From Leptolyngbyaceae cyanobacterium (lineage in GTDB: Bacteria; Cyanobacteriota; Cyanobacteriia; Phormidesmidales; Phormidesmidaceae): a DNA stretch of 64,000 nt. The stretch covers positions 416,001 to 480,000 of the forward strand of contig CBDHHL010000056.1 in assembly GCA_965263355.1 (NCBI GenBank), read 5' to 3'. Each line of letters opens with the position of its first letter. Positions within the stretch are counted from its first letter, which is position 1. Position numbers and translations under genes: made by a program. The notes under the pieces are model-generated. The model had not been told where the DNA came from. It saw only the letters and a program-made list of their open reading frames with translations, and searched no databases. Positions 20,029 to 29,943 of the stretch are shown here, piece after piece.

Positions 20029-20793
20029 ATGGCTCTATTTAAGCATCAGTTAAAGCTTTACTTTGATTTTGTCCGTTCTAGCTCAGATTATACAGCCCAA
20101 CAATTTATAATCTTTGGCCGAGGACGATCGGGTAGTACAACACTTGTCAGCCTACTTAATTGTTTACCAGACGTCTATTGTGATGGTGAAATTTTAGCGC
20201 AGTCTGTCCTTTGGCCTCAGGTGTATCTCAAAGCCCATGCTATGAAAGCCCATAGGGCTGTTTATGGGTGTAAAGTTTTAAGTTATCAACTCCGAGATGC
20301 ACAGCATATCCAACAAGGATCAGATTTTTTATATGAACTAAGCCAGTCAGGGGTTCATATTCTTTACTTAAGACGAGAAAACCTGCTTGAACATGCTATT
20401 TCTAATATCCGCGCCCGTAGTTTTGGCTTTCACAAAAGTAGGCTGGAAGGTCTCAAAAAAAGTAAAGTTTGTGTAAATCCCATAGAAGTTATTGATTGGA
20501 TAGAAAAAAGTCAACGTCTATGGAACTATGAGTCGTCCTTATTGCGGAATATTCCTCATCTGGCATTGACCTACGAAAAGAACTTAGCCAGTGAGAGTCA
20601 ACATCAGCCTACGATTGACAAGGTTTGTCATTATCTTGAAATTCAATCTAGCTCTGTGGTTAGTCAATATCAAAAGGTATCGCCACAGACTCTACAGTCA
20701 TCCATAGAAAATTATGATGAGTTGGCTAACTATCTTAGAAAGACTCCCTATTACCATTATCTTGAGGCTTATCCAGCCTTTTCTCCCACTTAA
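20029..20793 (+). CDS. Sulfotransferase (Stf0-like)
   Basis: GRGRSGSTTLVSLL, GEIL, LRRENLLEHAIS, LTYE, IENYDE. Confidence 0.82.
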   Translation: MALFKHQLKLYFDFVRSSSDYTAQQFIIFGRGRSGSTTLVSLLNCLPDVYCDGEILAQSVLWPQVYLKAHAMKAHRAVYGCKVLSYQLRDAQHIQQGSDFLYELSQSGVHILYLRRENLLEHAISNIRARSFGFHKSRLEGLKKSKVCVNPIEVIDWIEKSQRLWNYESSLLRNIPHLALTYEKNLASESQHQPTIDKVCHYLEIQSSSVVSQYQKVSPQTLQSSIENYDELANYLRKTPYYHYLEAYPAFSPT

Positions 20794-20860
20794 TAGCAAG
20801 TCTATTCGGTAGCATAATTACATCTATGGTAATTCCACTGCTGACCGGGTGTTCAAGCTT

Positions 20861-22096
20861 ATGACCAGTACGCGCAAAGCAAGCGACTTTCCTGTCACCG
20901 AACATCGTACTCTCTTTCTTGTACAAGTTAGACCCTATCCATTAAGTGGTGGGGTTTCTTTGCGGAACTGGCAAAATATTAATCTTTTGGCTCAACAAGG
21001 GCCAGTTGCTATCTTTTCTCTTTATAAAGGTAGTGCTAACACGAACTCATTACCATTAGCCGCTACTTGGCAGCATTACGATCTATCGGCACCGTCTCGT
21101 CCGATTTGGGAAAAAATTCAGCGTCGCCTCTGGCGCTTGCGTCTAACGGGTCATGCCCGTACTGATTGGCTATATACCCGAGATGCCGCTAACCAACTGC
21201 GTCAGACAATCGCTACCTTTAAACCAACGCTCATTCTCGTTGAAGAGATTTGGTTATATCGCTATTTGCCTATTTTGCGACAGGCTGGATGTCCTTTAAT
21301 TCTGGATAATCATAATGTCGAAGGTGACGATAGCCGCTTTCAGGGAGTTGATTCTATGACTCCTCATATACTGACTAAAGTAAAGCGAATTGAAGAACGG
21401 TTTATTCGAGCGGTAGATCAAGCTTGGATGTGTAGTCAGGAAGATGTGCATCGCTTATATCGGCTCTATCCCATGGAAAAGACAAAAGCCCATGTGATTC
21501 CCAATGGCGTTAATCCTGATTACTACAACACCATGCAATCACGTCCTTTATCCTCTAATCATGCTAATACTTTGATCTATCTTGGGCGTTTCTCATACCA
21601 ACCAAATGCTGAGGCAGCATCTATTTTACTTAACCAGATCTATCCCTCTCTGCAAACGATCATTGGTAATTGTCAGCTTCTACTGGTGGGCTGTGATCCA
21701 ACTGAGGAAATGCTGAGGGCAGCCCAAGCTGATTCAAACATTACTGTTACCGGGCAAGTAGATGATATTCGCCCCTATTTGGCAACAGCAGCGGTTATGG
21801 TGGTGCCCTTGCAAAAAGGCAGCGGTACTCGCCTCAAGCTGTTAGAAGCATTTGCCGCTAAATGCCCTGTTATTAGTACAACAAAGGGAGCTGAAGGACT
21901 GGAGGTAGAGAATGAGAAACATTTACTCTTAAGAGAATCCCCCGCTACTATGGTGAAAGCAATTCAGCAGTTATGGCAAAATCCTCCCATGGCTCAAGCA
22001 TTAGCTGAGGAAGCCCATAGTTATTTTCTAGAACGTTATACCTGGTCTGCTGTTGGTCAAAGAATTCAAAGCTGTTTGGCCCAGCTTTCCAGATAG
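20861..22096 (+). CDS. Glycosyltransferase family 4 (GT-B); track start 20849
   Basis: DNHNVE, VIPNGV, YQPNAEA, PLQKGSGTRLKLLEAFA, TTKGAEGL. Confidence 0.9.
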   Translation: MTSTRKASDFPVTEHRTLFLVQVRPYPLSGGVSLRNWQNINLLAQQGPVAIFSLYKGSANTNSLPLAATWQHYDLSAPSRPIWEKIQRRLWRLRLTGHARTDWLYTRDAANQLRQTIATFKPTLILVEEIWLYRYLPILRQAGCPLILDNHNVEGDDSRFQGVDSMTPHILTKVKRIEERFIRAVDQAWMCSQEDVHRLYRLYPMEKTKAHVIPNGVNPDYYNTMQSRPLSSNHANTLIYLGRFSYQPNAEAASILLNQIYPSLQTIIGNCQLLLVGCDPTEEMLRAAQADSNITVTGQVDDIRPYLATAAVMVVPLQKGSGTRLKLLEAFAAKCPVISTTKGAEGLEVENEKHLLLRESPATMVKAIQQLWQNPPMAQALAEEAHSYFLERYTWSAVGQRIQSCLAQLSR

Positions 22097-22125
22097 ATAA
22101 TTTTCCGATGTTTCTCTGAAAAAAA

Positions 22126-23118
22126 ATGCCTCAACTTCAGGTGATTCAGGAACCCCTTTCCGTCAGTGTTGTGGTGCCTTTGTACGATAAGGCAGCCTAT
22201 ATTGAAAAAACACTGAACTCCATTCTGGAGCAAACCCATCCTCCCGATGAAATTATCGTGGTCAATGATGGCTCAACGGATAACGGCCCAGCTTTAGTAC
22301 AGGCTATGGAGGATGAGCGAATTCAGCTGATTTATCAAGATAATCAAGGACCTGGCAGTGCTCGCAATCGAGGGCTACTGGCAGCCAGTGCCACCCATGT
22401 TGCCTTTTTAGATGCTGATGATGAATGGCTCCCCAATTTTTTAGACGTAACCCTTAATCACTTGAGACAGCATCCAGACTGCGCCCTATGTGTGACCGGT
22501 CAATATCGTGGTGAAAACCGCTCTGATTGGAGCAATACGCTATCTGCTCTGGGGTTAACATCGGGTCGATGGCAACTTCCCTTGGAATTATCAGTAGAGC
22601 AACATAAACCCAATATCGATGTACTTCATTCAGGAGCCATTGTGTGCGATCGCAATATTGTCAACCGCTTTGATGGTTTCTATGCAAAAGATCGTTGCAC
22701 CTATGGTGAAGACATTTATTTGTGGCTCCAGGTGATTCTCAACTACCCTATATATAGAGACTTACAACCACTGATGTGGTATCACACCGAAGCCTCGGAT
22801 TTGGCCATATGGAAACAGGTTCGTCCTCCTTGGCCTATGCTTGTGGAACCAGATCCCATTCGCCGCAATTGCCCCGAGCACTACCGCCCTCTGCTAGAGA
22901 GTATTTTTAATACCTATGCAGCGATTGCCGCTTACCGTGCCACAACTACTGAGGATTTAGCCACAGCCAATCAACTATTTGAGGCCTTTCCCGATGCCCG
23001 TAAGCAAATGTTTTACGACTGGCGTAAACGTGTGGACTATCTGATTGCGAATGTACCTAACCTGCGACGTACCTTAAAGGAGGTTAAGGAAATACTCAAC
23101 CCAAGTCGTGAAAGTTGA
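22126..23118 (+). CDS. Glycosyltransferase family 2 (GT-A)
   Basis: VSVVVPLYD, VVNDGSTD, GPGSARNRG, FLDADD, GED. Confidence 0.9.
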   Translation: MPQLQVIQEPLSVSVVVPLYDKAAYIEKTLNSILEQTHPPDEIIVVNDGSTDNGPALVQAMEDERIQLIYQDNQGPGSARNRGLLAASATHVAFLDADDEWLPNFLDVTLNHLRQHPDCALCVTGQYRGENRSDWSNTLSALGLTSGRWQLPLELSVEQHKPNIDVLHSGAIVCDRNIVNRFDGFYAKDRCTYGEDIYLWLQVILNYPIYRDLQPLMWYHTEASDLAIWKQVRPPWPMLVEPDPIRRNCPEHYRPLLESIFNTYAAIAAYRATTTEDLATANQLFEAFPDARKQMFYDWRKRVDYLIANVPNLRRTLKEVKEILNPSRES

Positions 23119-23143
23119 TAACGCCTGTGCAATGCTGACTAAA

Positions 23144-23866
23144 TTAGCTTGCAAGTACAGACTCTACAATAGCAGAACGTTCAGATAGAGGAGTCTGTCT
23201 CATCTGTTGGTGTAAGGAAAAATCTAGTCGGTATATTTGCCTGAGAATTTCCCGTCCAGTCTCACTCAAGGATTGGTTTTCTTCCATATTCTGTGTTTGA
23301 TGCACTTTGCGAGACGTATCCAATCCCAATAATTGGCCAAATAGCTGTATCTCCTTTGGGTTATCGATTAAGAAAACTCTGCTAGTGGCTAGTCTGACCC
23401 TCATCCAACGCCTCTGAGCATAGAGGCAATCTAGTTGGGAAAATGTATGGGGGTCCCGATGATAGCTAATCGGTAGCCATGCTAGTACAGATTCTAAAGA
23501 CGTTTCTAACAGGGCTTGGCAACAGGCAGCAACATTATCAGTGTCCATGCCAATGTATTCAAGCCATAAACGCTGACAGTGCTGCAGATCTTCCGGACGT
23601 AAATGCTTTGCTGCAAGCATTTTTCTCGGCGTTTTGCGAAACTTATCATTAAAGTAGGATAAGAAACGACTTTCTGGATCTCGAAACAGCAACATCCCCG
23701 TAGGATAGCCGAGAAATCGGTTACTCAATGCAATAGGCAGTGTATGTTTAGTCCAAAGAATCCTTTTTAGAGAATTTTGGTATTTAAGAAAAGAATACAT
23801 GACCTTAAAACTGGTAAGGACGATGTAGTGCTCTTTTCGAAAAACTGGCAAATAAAAGTTATTCAT
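23144..23866 (-). CDS. Probable sulfotransferase family 2 protein (track start 23893)
   Basis: KVMYSFLK (degenerate 5'-PSB), FRDPESRFLSYFNDK, DPHTFSQ, IYRLDF. Confidence 0.7.
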   Translation of the reverse strand: MNNFYLPVFRKEHYIVLTSFKVMYSFLKYQNSLKRILWTKHTLPIALSNRFLGYPTGMLLFRDPESRFLSYFNDKFRKTPRKMLAAKHLRPEDLQHCQRLWLEYIGMDTDNVAACCQALLETSLESVLAWLPISYHRDPHTFSQLDCLYAQRRWMRVRLATSRVFLIDNPKEIQLFGQLLGLDTSRKVHQTQNMEENQSLSETGREILRQIYRLDFSLHQQMRQTPLSERSAIVESVLAS

Positions 23867-24204
23867 GAATCTTCCGTCCAATGGCAAAGCCAACGACGCA
23901 AAGTCAAAACTTGCCCTTGATTCAGGAAGGTAAAACCTACAAGTTCATTTACGGAAAAACTTCTGTTCTGAACTTGGACAAGGTTTGTATCAAACTTGCG
24001 TCGTTTTGATCGGCTTATTTTTCTAGATAGGAATAACGCCCTTTTATACAAGGGTAGACACCCTTCACCCGGATCGAACAGGTATCGACATTTTTTCTGG
24101 CATACGGACATTTAAACCCTGCCCAAGTTGAAACCCTCAGATTCTTCGCCGGAAAAATGACCGTTCTGGACGTGGACAGGATTGATATCTGCAAGGAATC
24201 GATA

Positions 24205-25353
24205 TCAGCCCCTATACTGATTCACCACATCATCATAAATGGCTTCTAATTGATGCGTATTTTTACGTAAGTCGAAGTTGCTAGCTACATGGGTCTGTCC
24301 AGCTAGGGCAAAACGCTGTCTCAGTTCTGCGTCCTCTAGTAAACGGATTAGATGTTTAACTAGCTGGTCCAAGTCCTTTTCCGGGGCAAGCAAACCCGTT
24401 TCACCATGAATTACAGCTTCCGAGATACCGCCAGTGTTAAAACTGACCACTGGGAGTCCCATCGCTTGGGCTTCAGCAAATACCATGCCAAATCCTTCAG
24501 CATCACCTGATTGAGCAATAATACTGGGACCACAAAATACCTGGGCTCGGTTCATCCAATGGCGTACTTGCTCGGGCGGCTGTTTACCTAGAAATTGGGC
24601 ATTTACTGAGAGCTGCTTAGCGCGGGTTTGGAGATGCGATCGCAATGGCCCATCGCCGATAACTACCAACTGAGCATTGGGCAATTGACGTTGGACAGCA
24701 GCCATAGCTCGCACTAGATACTCTCCCCCTTTTTTCTCAACTAGTCGTCCTACAAATAGGACAACAGGCTCTCTCACCTGATCTGCATAGGGTTGAAAGA
24801 ACTGACGATCAATCCCGATATAGTGCACCAAAATTTTTTCAGCAGCGCCTCCCCTGAGCAACAATTGATCACGAATGAAATGAGACACAGCAATAATTTG
24901 ATTAGCAGCTCCCAGGGCTCGATCTCGCTTATGCAAGAGTAGTGCCCTAAAAAAGTCCCCCTGACTGCGTACTGTTTTCCAATCAGGCGTATCCCAGGTG
25001 GCATCATATCCATGAAATGTCACCACAAGAGGAATCTTCAAACGTTGACACAAGGGAAAAACCAACCCACCATCACTACCAAAATGGGCATGCACTAAGG
25101 TAGGCCTACACTGTCTGAGAATCCCCGGCCATTGAGGATGAATAATACCGGCAAATTTGTACAGTCCTTTCCAAAAAGGACGAGGAAAGGCATAGTCCTC
25201 TAAAACAATAATTTTCTGCTTTTGAAGAGTTTCTGTCAAACGGCTAGTCCCAACATAGATACTTTCATAACGCAGTAAACTATCGCCCTGGGCAGGAATA
25301 AATGTTTCCGAATAGGGTAAAAGCTGATCACGATAGATTAAAACCGTGGACAT
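24205..25353 (-). CDS. Glycosyltransferase family 4 (WcaL-like)
   Basis: SETFI, HAHFG, TFHGYD, VGRLVEKKG, GDAEGFGMVFAEAQAMGLPVV. Confidence 0.9.
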   Translation of the reverse strand: MSTVLIYRDQLLPYSETFIPAQGDSLLRYESIYVGTSRLTETLQKQKIIVLEDYAFPRPFWKGLYKFAGIIHPQWPGILRQCRPTLVHAHFGSDGGLVFPLCQRLKIPLVVTFHGYDATWDTPDWKTVRSQGDFFRALLLHKRDRALGAANQIIAVSHFIRDQLLLRGGAAEKILVHYIGIDRQFFQPYADQVREPVVLFVGRLVEKKGGEYLVRAMAAVQRQLPNAQLVVIGDGPLRSHLQTRAKQLSVNAQFLGKQPPEQVRHWMNRAQVFCGPSIIAQSGDAEGFGMVFAEAQAMGLPVVSFNTGGISEAVIHGETGLLAPEKDLDQLVKHLIRLLEDAELRQRFALAGQTHVASNFDLRKNTHQLEAIYDDVVNQYRG

Positions 25354-25397
25354 GAGGGGGACTCTGACAGATTTAGTTAAGTTTCAATCGAAAATCG

Positions 25398-26447
25398 CTA
25401 GAATTTAAACAATTCAGTCGTTTTCTTAGCCCGGTCGGTCTTTTTACTCAGTTCTTTGGCCGACATCGACTTAGGGTAAAGGGACTCGTTATTGCCAACA
25501 AGGTACTGTTTCAGGGCATAAAAGGGACTTAAAAAGCTACTAATCAACAACTGTAACTCAGCCGCCGATACCACATCATTTTGTGAGTAATCATAATGAT
25601 TGAGCAGATGTGATAATAGCCTGCGGGCATCATTTCCCATAAATAAAAGTATCCACAGTGGTCGTTTCCAGAGAGGTAAGGTGACCATGCGAGTGGTATA
25701 TTTGCTCAAACCAATGCCATGACAAAAGCGCAACAAATAGTTTTTCTCAAACCGCCAACTTGGAATTTGATGATCGATATGCATCAGCGGATTAAACCAA
25801 ATTTCCCAGCCAGCTTTTTTTAAGTGCAGTAACGCTTCTATATCTTCTCCTTTACCGCTTAAGGAACGTCCCACAGGTCCCCGTAGCGTCAGAGGATAAG
25901 GAACATGGGCTAACCAAAGCTGACGTGAAATCACAAGACCAGCCCCTGGTGGCACTAGATTAGTCATAGCTCGCCATCCTGCCGTAAAACAAATAACGTC
26001 ATCGCGTTCCACTACAGGAATAAAGGCAGCGATGCGTTCAAAATTTGCAGGTGGCGCACTCTGATAATTTGGATGAATCTGCCCACCAAAGGCAGCTGCC
26101 CGAGGGTGGGCACAGGCAAATGTATAAGCTGCCTGCACCCAGTCAGAAGCAGGAATATTATCATCATCTAAAAAGCCAATCCACCGACCTCGGGCCTCTA
26201 GAATTGCGCGGTGGCGGGCAAACGATGCTCCCTGACGAGTTTCTAAAACATATCTTAAGGAACAAGCAGTCCAGGTCTGCTGGTACTCATAAACTACATC
26301 AGCTGTCCGATCAATACTGTTATTATCAACAATAATGACTTCCCAATGAATGTTATCAACCATAACCTGAACATTGAGAGCATCTAAGATTTTAGGCAGT
26401 ATTGAAGCACCGTTATAAAGACGAATAGCAACTGAAAAATCAATCAT
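25398..26447 (-). CDS. hpsE: HpsE-like hormogonium polysaccharide glycosyltransferase (GT2)
   Basis: DFSVAI..YNGA, VDNNS, RQGASFAR, FLDDDN, PPGAGLVI, GED, GWEIWFNP, GIGLS. Confidence 0.75.
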   Translation of the reverse strand: MIDFSVAIRLYNGASILPKILDALNVQVMVDNIHWEVIIVDNNSIDRTADVVYEYQQTWTACSLRYVLETRQGASFARHRAILEARGRWIGFLDDDNIPASDWVQAAYTFACAHPRAAAFGGQIHPNYQSAPPANFERIAAFIPVVERDDVICFTAGWRAMTNLVPPGAGLVISRQLWLAHVPYPLTLRGPVGRSLSGKGEDIEALLHLKKAGWEIWFNPLMHIDHQIPSWRFEKNYLLRFCHGIGLSKYTTRMVTLPLWKRPLWILLFMGNDARRLLSHLLNHYDYSQNDVVSAAELQLLISSFLSPFYALKQYLVGNNESLYPKSMSAKELSKKTDRAKKTTELFKF

Positions 26448-26896
26448 AGATTTAAGGAAAGCTACAATCGCCTAAGCACCAAAAGTAACTTGTCTTACTA
26501 AACTTCGCTAAAAGTAAGGCTAGGGAACTTAATTAACATGATTTGGACTACGCCACAGTTAATTTATAAATGAGACCATAGGTCCATATTAATACCTAGG
26601 ATAGCAATTCAAAATTATATGAACCCTTGGTAGCACCAAAGTATAAGGTCAATAGATTGATAGTATTCACATAGTTGACATTACCGATACCTAAACCTCC
26701 TTACAAGGGAATCGGCGTTTTTACCATATCAGAATCCTAACGGGCTAGTTCACCTTACTCAAAAGGCGTACTTCTGACATCAGCCAAACCAGCAAAACTC
26801 TAAAAATTTATGGCTAAATCACTATTTTATTAAGTATTTGAGAACGAAACATCTAGCCCCTTGTTAGTCGACATATTTCGCTTCATCACATCAAGC

Positions 26897-26955
26897 AAAA
26901 GCCCCCGGTTACTAACCCATTAGATACGCTCTAATGAAGTTTGTGACCAAGGGCT
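26897..26955 (-). terminator. Long hairpin plus U-tract downstream of 27015-27707
   Basis: Minus strand AGCCCTTGGTCACAAACTTCATTAGA-GCGTA-TCTAATGGGTTAGTAACCGGGGGCT followed by TTT. Confidence 0.55.
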
Positions 26956-27014
26956 CTTAGAACAGTGGATTTAGCCGCTGACATGCACCAACGGTAGCTC
27001 ATCTATACCATTAT

Positions 27015-27707
27015 CTATGTAAGAGCTTTTTTGTTCATACTGTACTTGCCGCCACGGCCACGATACCACTCATTGGTACGGGCACCAGCCGATAAAATAT
27101 TAGATACCCGGTTACGAGCTTTCAAGAAAGTTGCTTTGGGCATATCATTTTTGAAGATTGCCTCCATCACTTCAGCAATTTTGAAGGCTTCATCGGGCTG
27201 AGCCTTCAAAATATTGGCAACAACATCAGGCAGAGGAGTCTTCCGGAAAGGATCTTGGACATAGCGCTGCCAATTAGGAGACTTACCACCACGGGGCTTA
27301 CGAGCTGGTTTGGCAGGAGCCTCAGCCACAGCCACAGTCGCTTTTACTTTCGTTGCTTTTACCTTCGGTGTAGCCTTCACTTTAGTGGCTGTTTTTGTAC
27401 CTGGCTTACGACCACGACGTTTACCAGGCTTCTTAGCCGGGGCTGGTTCAGCCTCAAGCTCATCCTCATCTTCATCCTCATCTTCATCTTCATATTCATC
27501 TACAACGCTAGCAACCGCACTGGTTAGAATTTCAGTAACATTGGCAGCAACACCATTAGCGCCCCCTGTTGCCTGAAACATATTGATAACAGTCTGCAGT
27601 CCTTCACGCTGTTTTTCTGCAGCAGAAAGCTGCTCACTTAGTGCTTGAACTTGAGAATCAAGTTGGGATTTAACTTCCTCAAGTTGATCAAGGACATTGG
27701 TAGCCAT
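27015..27707 (-). CDS. Hypothetical protein: coiled coil, Asp/Glu tract, Lys/Ala/Pro-rich segment and probable winged-helix C-terminus
   Basis: Heptad N-terminus, DEYEDEDEDEDEDELE, KKPGKRRGRKPG, KATPKVKATKVKAT, helical C-terminus ending WYRGRGGKYS; GAGG upstream. Confidence 0.75.
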   Translation of the reverse strand: MATNVLDQLEEVKSQLDSQVQALSEQLSAAEKQREGLQTVINMFQATGGANGVAANVTEILTSAVASVVDEYEDEDEDEDEDELEAEPAPAKKPGKRRGRKPGTKTATKVKATPKVKATKVKATVAVAEAPAKPARKPRGGKSPNWQRYVQDPFRKTPLPDVVANILKAQPDEAFKIAEVMEAIFKNDMPKATFLKARNRVSNILSAGARTNEWYRGRGGKYSMNKKALT

Positions 27708-28228
27708 ATCGAATTAAACCTCACTTTGTTGCAATGAATGGAGCGATATTTGAGAAGGATAGTCTCATTAGTTTTTTAATTCTACAAACATATAGCATTA
27801 ATTCAACAAGTTTTTAACACCAAAAAGATACCCAAACACAAAAAAGTAATATCATCGGATGATTTTTTGGCTGTCAACAACGCTAAAATACGGCACCCGA
27901 TCATCCATACAATCACCAATTCTTTGGTTGAGCCTACCAGAGGAATGTTTTTCAACTAACCCTAAAATCTTCTGTTATCAAGGGTTTTAGCTAGAACAGA
28001 GTGCAAGAGACAGCCTCAATAAGAGTCCTATGGGGGAGCTTCTCCATCCCTTCATCCAGACATCGCTCCACACCTTAAATCTTATTATTTATTGGGAAAG
28101 AATTCCTAATATATCCTCAAAAAATTTGAGAGTAGAACAATGAAAACTGTTAACGATGAACTAAGTCTCCCTCTTTAAAGAATAAAAGTAGTTCCCATGA
28201 ACTACTTTTATTCTTTGTGCTAAGTTTT

Positions 28229-29002
28229 TTATCCCCAACGAGTTGATTGTATATCGGGAGGAACATCCTGAAGTCGTCCTGGCCCAATGGCTTTAATCGC
28301 TTCAGATAAATCCACATTGCCAGTGTATAAGGCTTTCCCAACAATCACGCCGCTCACACCCAAAGGAGCCACACCTAACAAACTCAGTAAATCGCTCATG
28401 GAACTGACACCGCCTGAGGCAATGATAGGAGTATCAATTTTTCTGGCTAGTACTCTCAATGCCTCTAGATTTGGGCCTTTAAGAGTACCATCCCGTTTAA
28501 TGTCGGTATAGATAATGGCCGCTGCTCCCAAGTCTCCCATACGATGAGCGAGATCATTGGCCATAACAGTCGAGGTTTCAATCCAGCCACGGGTAGCGAC
28601 TCTACCATCACGAGCATCAATCCCCACAAAAATACGTCCTGGAAATTCACTGCTAAGTTCTCCCACTAAATCAGGGTTCTCCACTGCAACAGTGCCTAAA
28701 ATGGCGTACTGCACCCCCAAGTCGAACAGCTCCCTGACTCGGTTGCGATCGCGTAATCCTCCCCCCACCTGTACGGGGACATTTACCGTCTTAACAATCT
28801 CTGTAATTGCTTGCCAGTTCTCGGGTTTACCAGCTTTAGCACCATCTAGGTCCACCAGGTGAATGCGAGTGGCTCCCTGCTCTGCCCAGCGGCAAGCAAC
28901 AGCAACCGGATCGTTATCAAAGACCTGGGATTGGTCATAGTCTCCTTGAAATAAACGAACACAGCGACCGCCGAGTAAATCAATGGCAGGGATCACGTCC
29001 AT
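28229..29002 (-). CDS. hisA: ProFAR isomerase HisA
   Basis: [61 protein letters not shown]. Confidence 0.96.
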   Translation of the reverse strand: MDVIPAIDLLGGRCVRLFQGDYDQSQVFDNDPVAVACRWAEQGATRIHLVDLDGAKAGKPENWQAITEIVKTVNVPVQVGGGLRDRNRVRELFDLGVQYAILGTVAVENPDLVGELSSEFPGRIFVGIDARDGRVATRGWIETSTVMANDLAHRMGDLGAAAIIYTDIKRDGTLKGPNLEALRVLARKIDTPIIASGGVSSMSDLLSLLGVAPLGVSGVIVGKALYTGNVDLSEAIKAIGPGRLQDVPPDIQSTRWG

Positions 29003-29105
29003 GGTCAGAATCAAGCCTTACATAAGGGTGAGCAGTGGTTCAAATTGTACAGAAAAAGTGAGGAGGCAAAAGATAGAAATGCAGTAAACAATAAAACTCA
29101 TCCCC

Positions 29106-29924
29106 CTAAGGATTGTCCGTAATGTTATCTAAAAGTTTAGCAATCTGGTCACGGTCAGGAGCGTCTGGGCTTTGCCCTAAATAGGTTTCTAAGTCACTAC
29201 GGGCTGCCAACAGGTTTTGTAGTTGATAGTAAATTAGGCCGCGATCTCGACTGTTACTAGGCTCATTGGGAAACAGCAGCAGCAAATAATTGAGGATTGT
29301 CAATGTCTGGGACAAATCGCGTCGGTTGAGATAAATCAGCTTGAGGTTGTTAAGCAACCGAGCTAAGAAGGATTTAGCAGTAATTGGCGCAAGATAAGTA
29401 GTATTCCAGGCTGCTTTCACGCCATATAACCGATGGAAAATGGCCTGACAGTCAGTCGCAAAAAGTACCTCTCCTTGATTAAACGGGTCGATATAAACCT
29501 CCATATCCGTCACCGTAGGCCGCACCAAAAAATGTCCTGGCATACCCACACCCACCATCGGAAAATCTAGACGCTGAGACACTTCTAAATACACCAGTGC
29601 TAAGGTAATGGGAATGCCCAGACGTCTTTCGAGCACCCGGTTAAGGTAACTATTGTCGGGATCGTAGTAGTCAATCTGGTTACCACTAAACCCTAGCTCC
29701 CCATAGAGCTGTTGATTAATGGCTTGAATCGTTTTAAGTGGATAGCAGGAAAGGTTGGGTCTGATAGCCTTTGCAAAATCGTCAAACTGTTTATAAAACA
29801 AGGCGGGATCAAGATCAGGATAATTTTCTTGGGCCGGACAAAGGGCTGCTGCCGCCAGGTTAAGTGTAGGTTCGGAGAGCAACTGACGAAACCGCTGTTG
29901 GGCACGGGAGAAACGCAAGGACAT
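29106..29924 (-). CDS. SirB1 family transglutaminase-like core plus TPR protein (track start 29987)
   Basis: GFSGNQIDYYDPDNSYLNRVLERRLGIPITL, GVGMPGHFLV, IDPFNQG, RLLNNLK, RDRGL. Confidence 0.88.
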   Translation of the reverse strand: MSLRFSRAQQRFRQLLSEPTLNLAAAALCPAQENYPDLDPALFYKQFDDFAKAIRPNLSCYPLKTIQAINQQLYGELGFSGNQIDYYDPDNSYLNRVLERRLGIPITLALVYLEVSQRLDFPMVGVGMPGHFLVRPTVTDMEVYIDPFNQGEVLFATDCQAIFHRLYGVKAAWNTTYLAPITAKSFLARLLNNLKLIYLNRRDLSQTLTILNYLLLLFPNEPSNSRDRGLIYYQLQNLLAARSDLETYLGQSPDAPDRDQIAKLLDNITDNP

Positions 29925-29943
29925 GGAAGTAGTGGGTACTAGT

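Noticed and set aside
23883..23916. GGCAAA...GACGCAAAG resembling a c-di-GMP-I riboswitch
   Set aside because: The spacing is too short for the P2 stem and GNRA loop, and it is antisense to the adjacent gene start.
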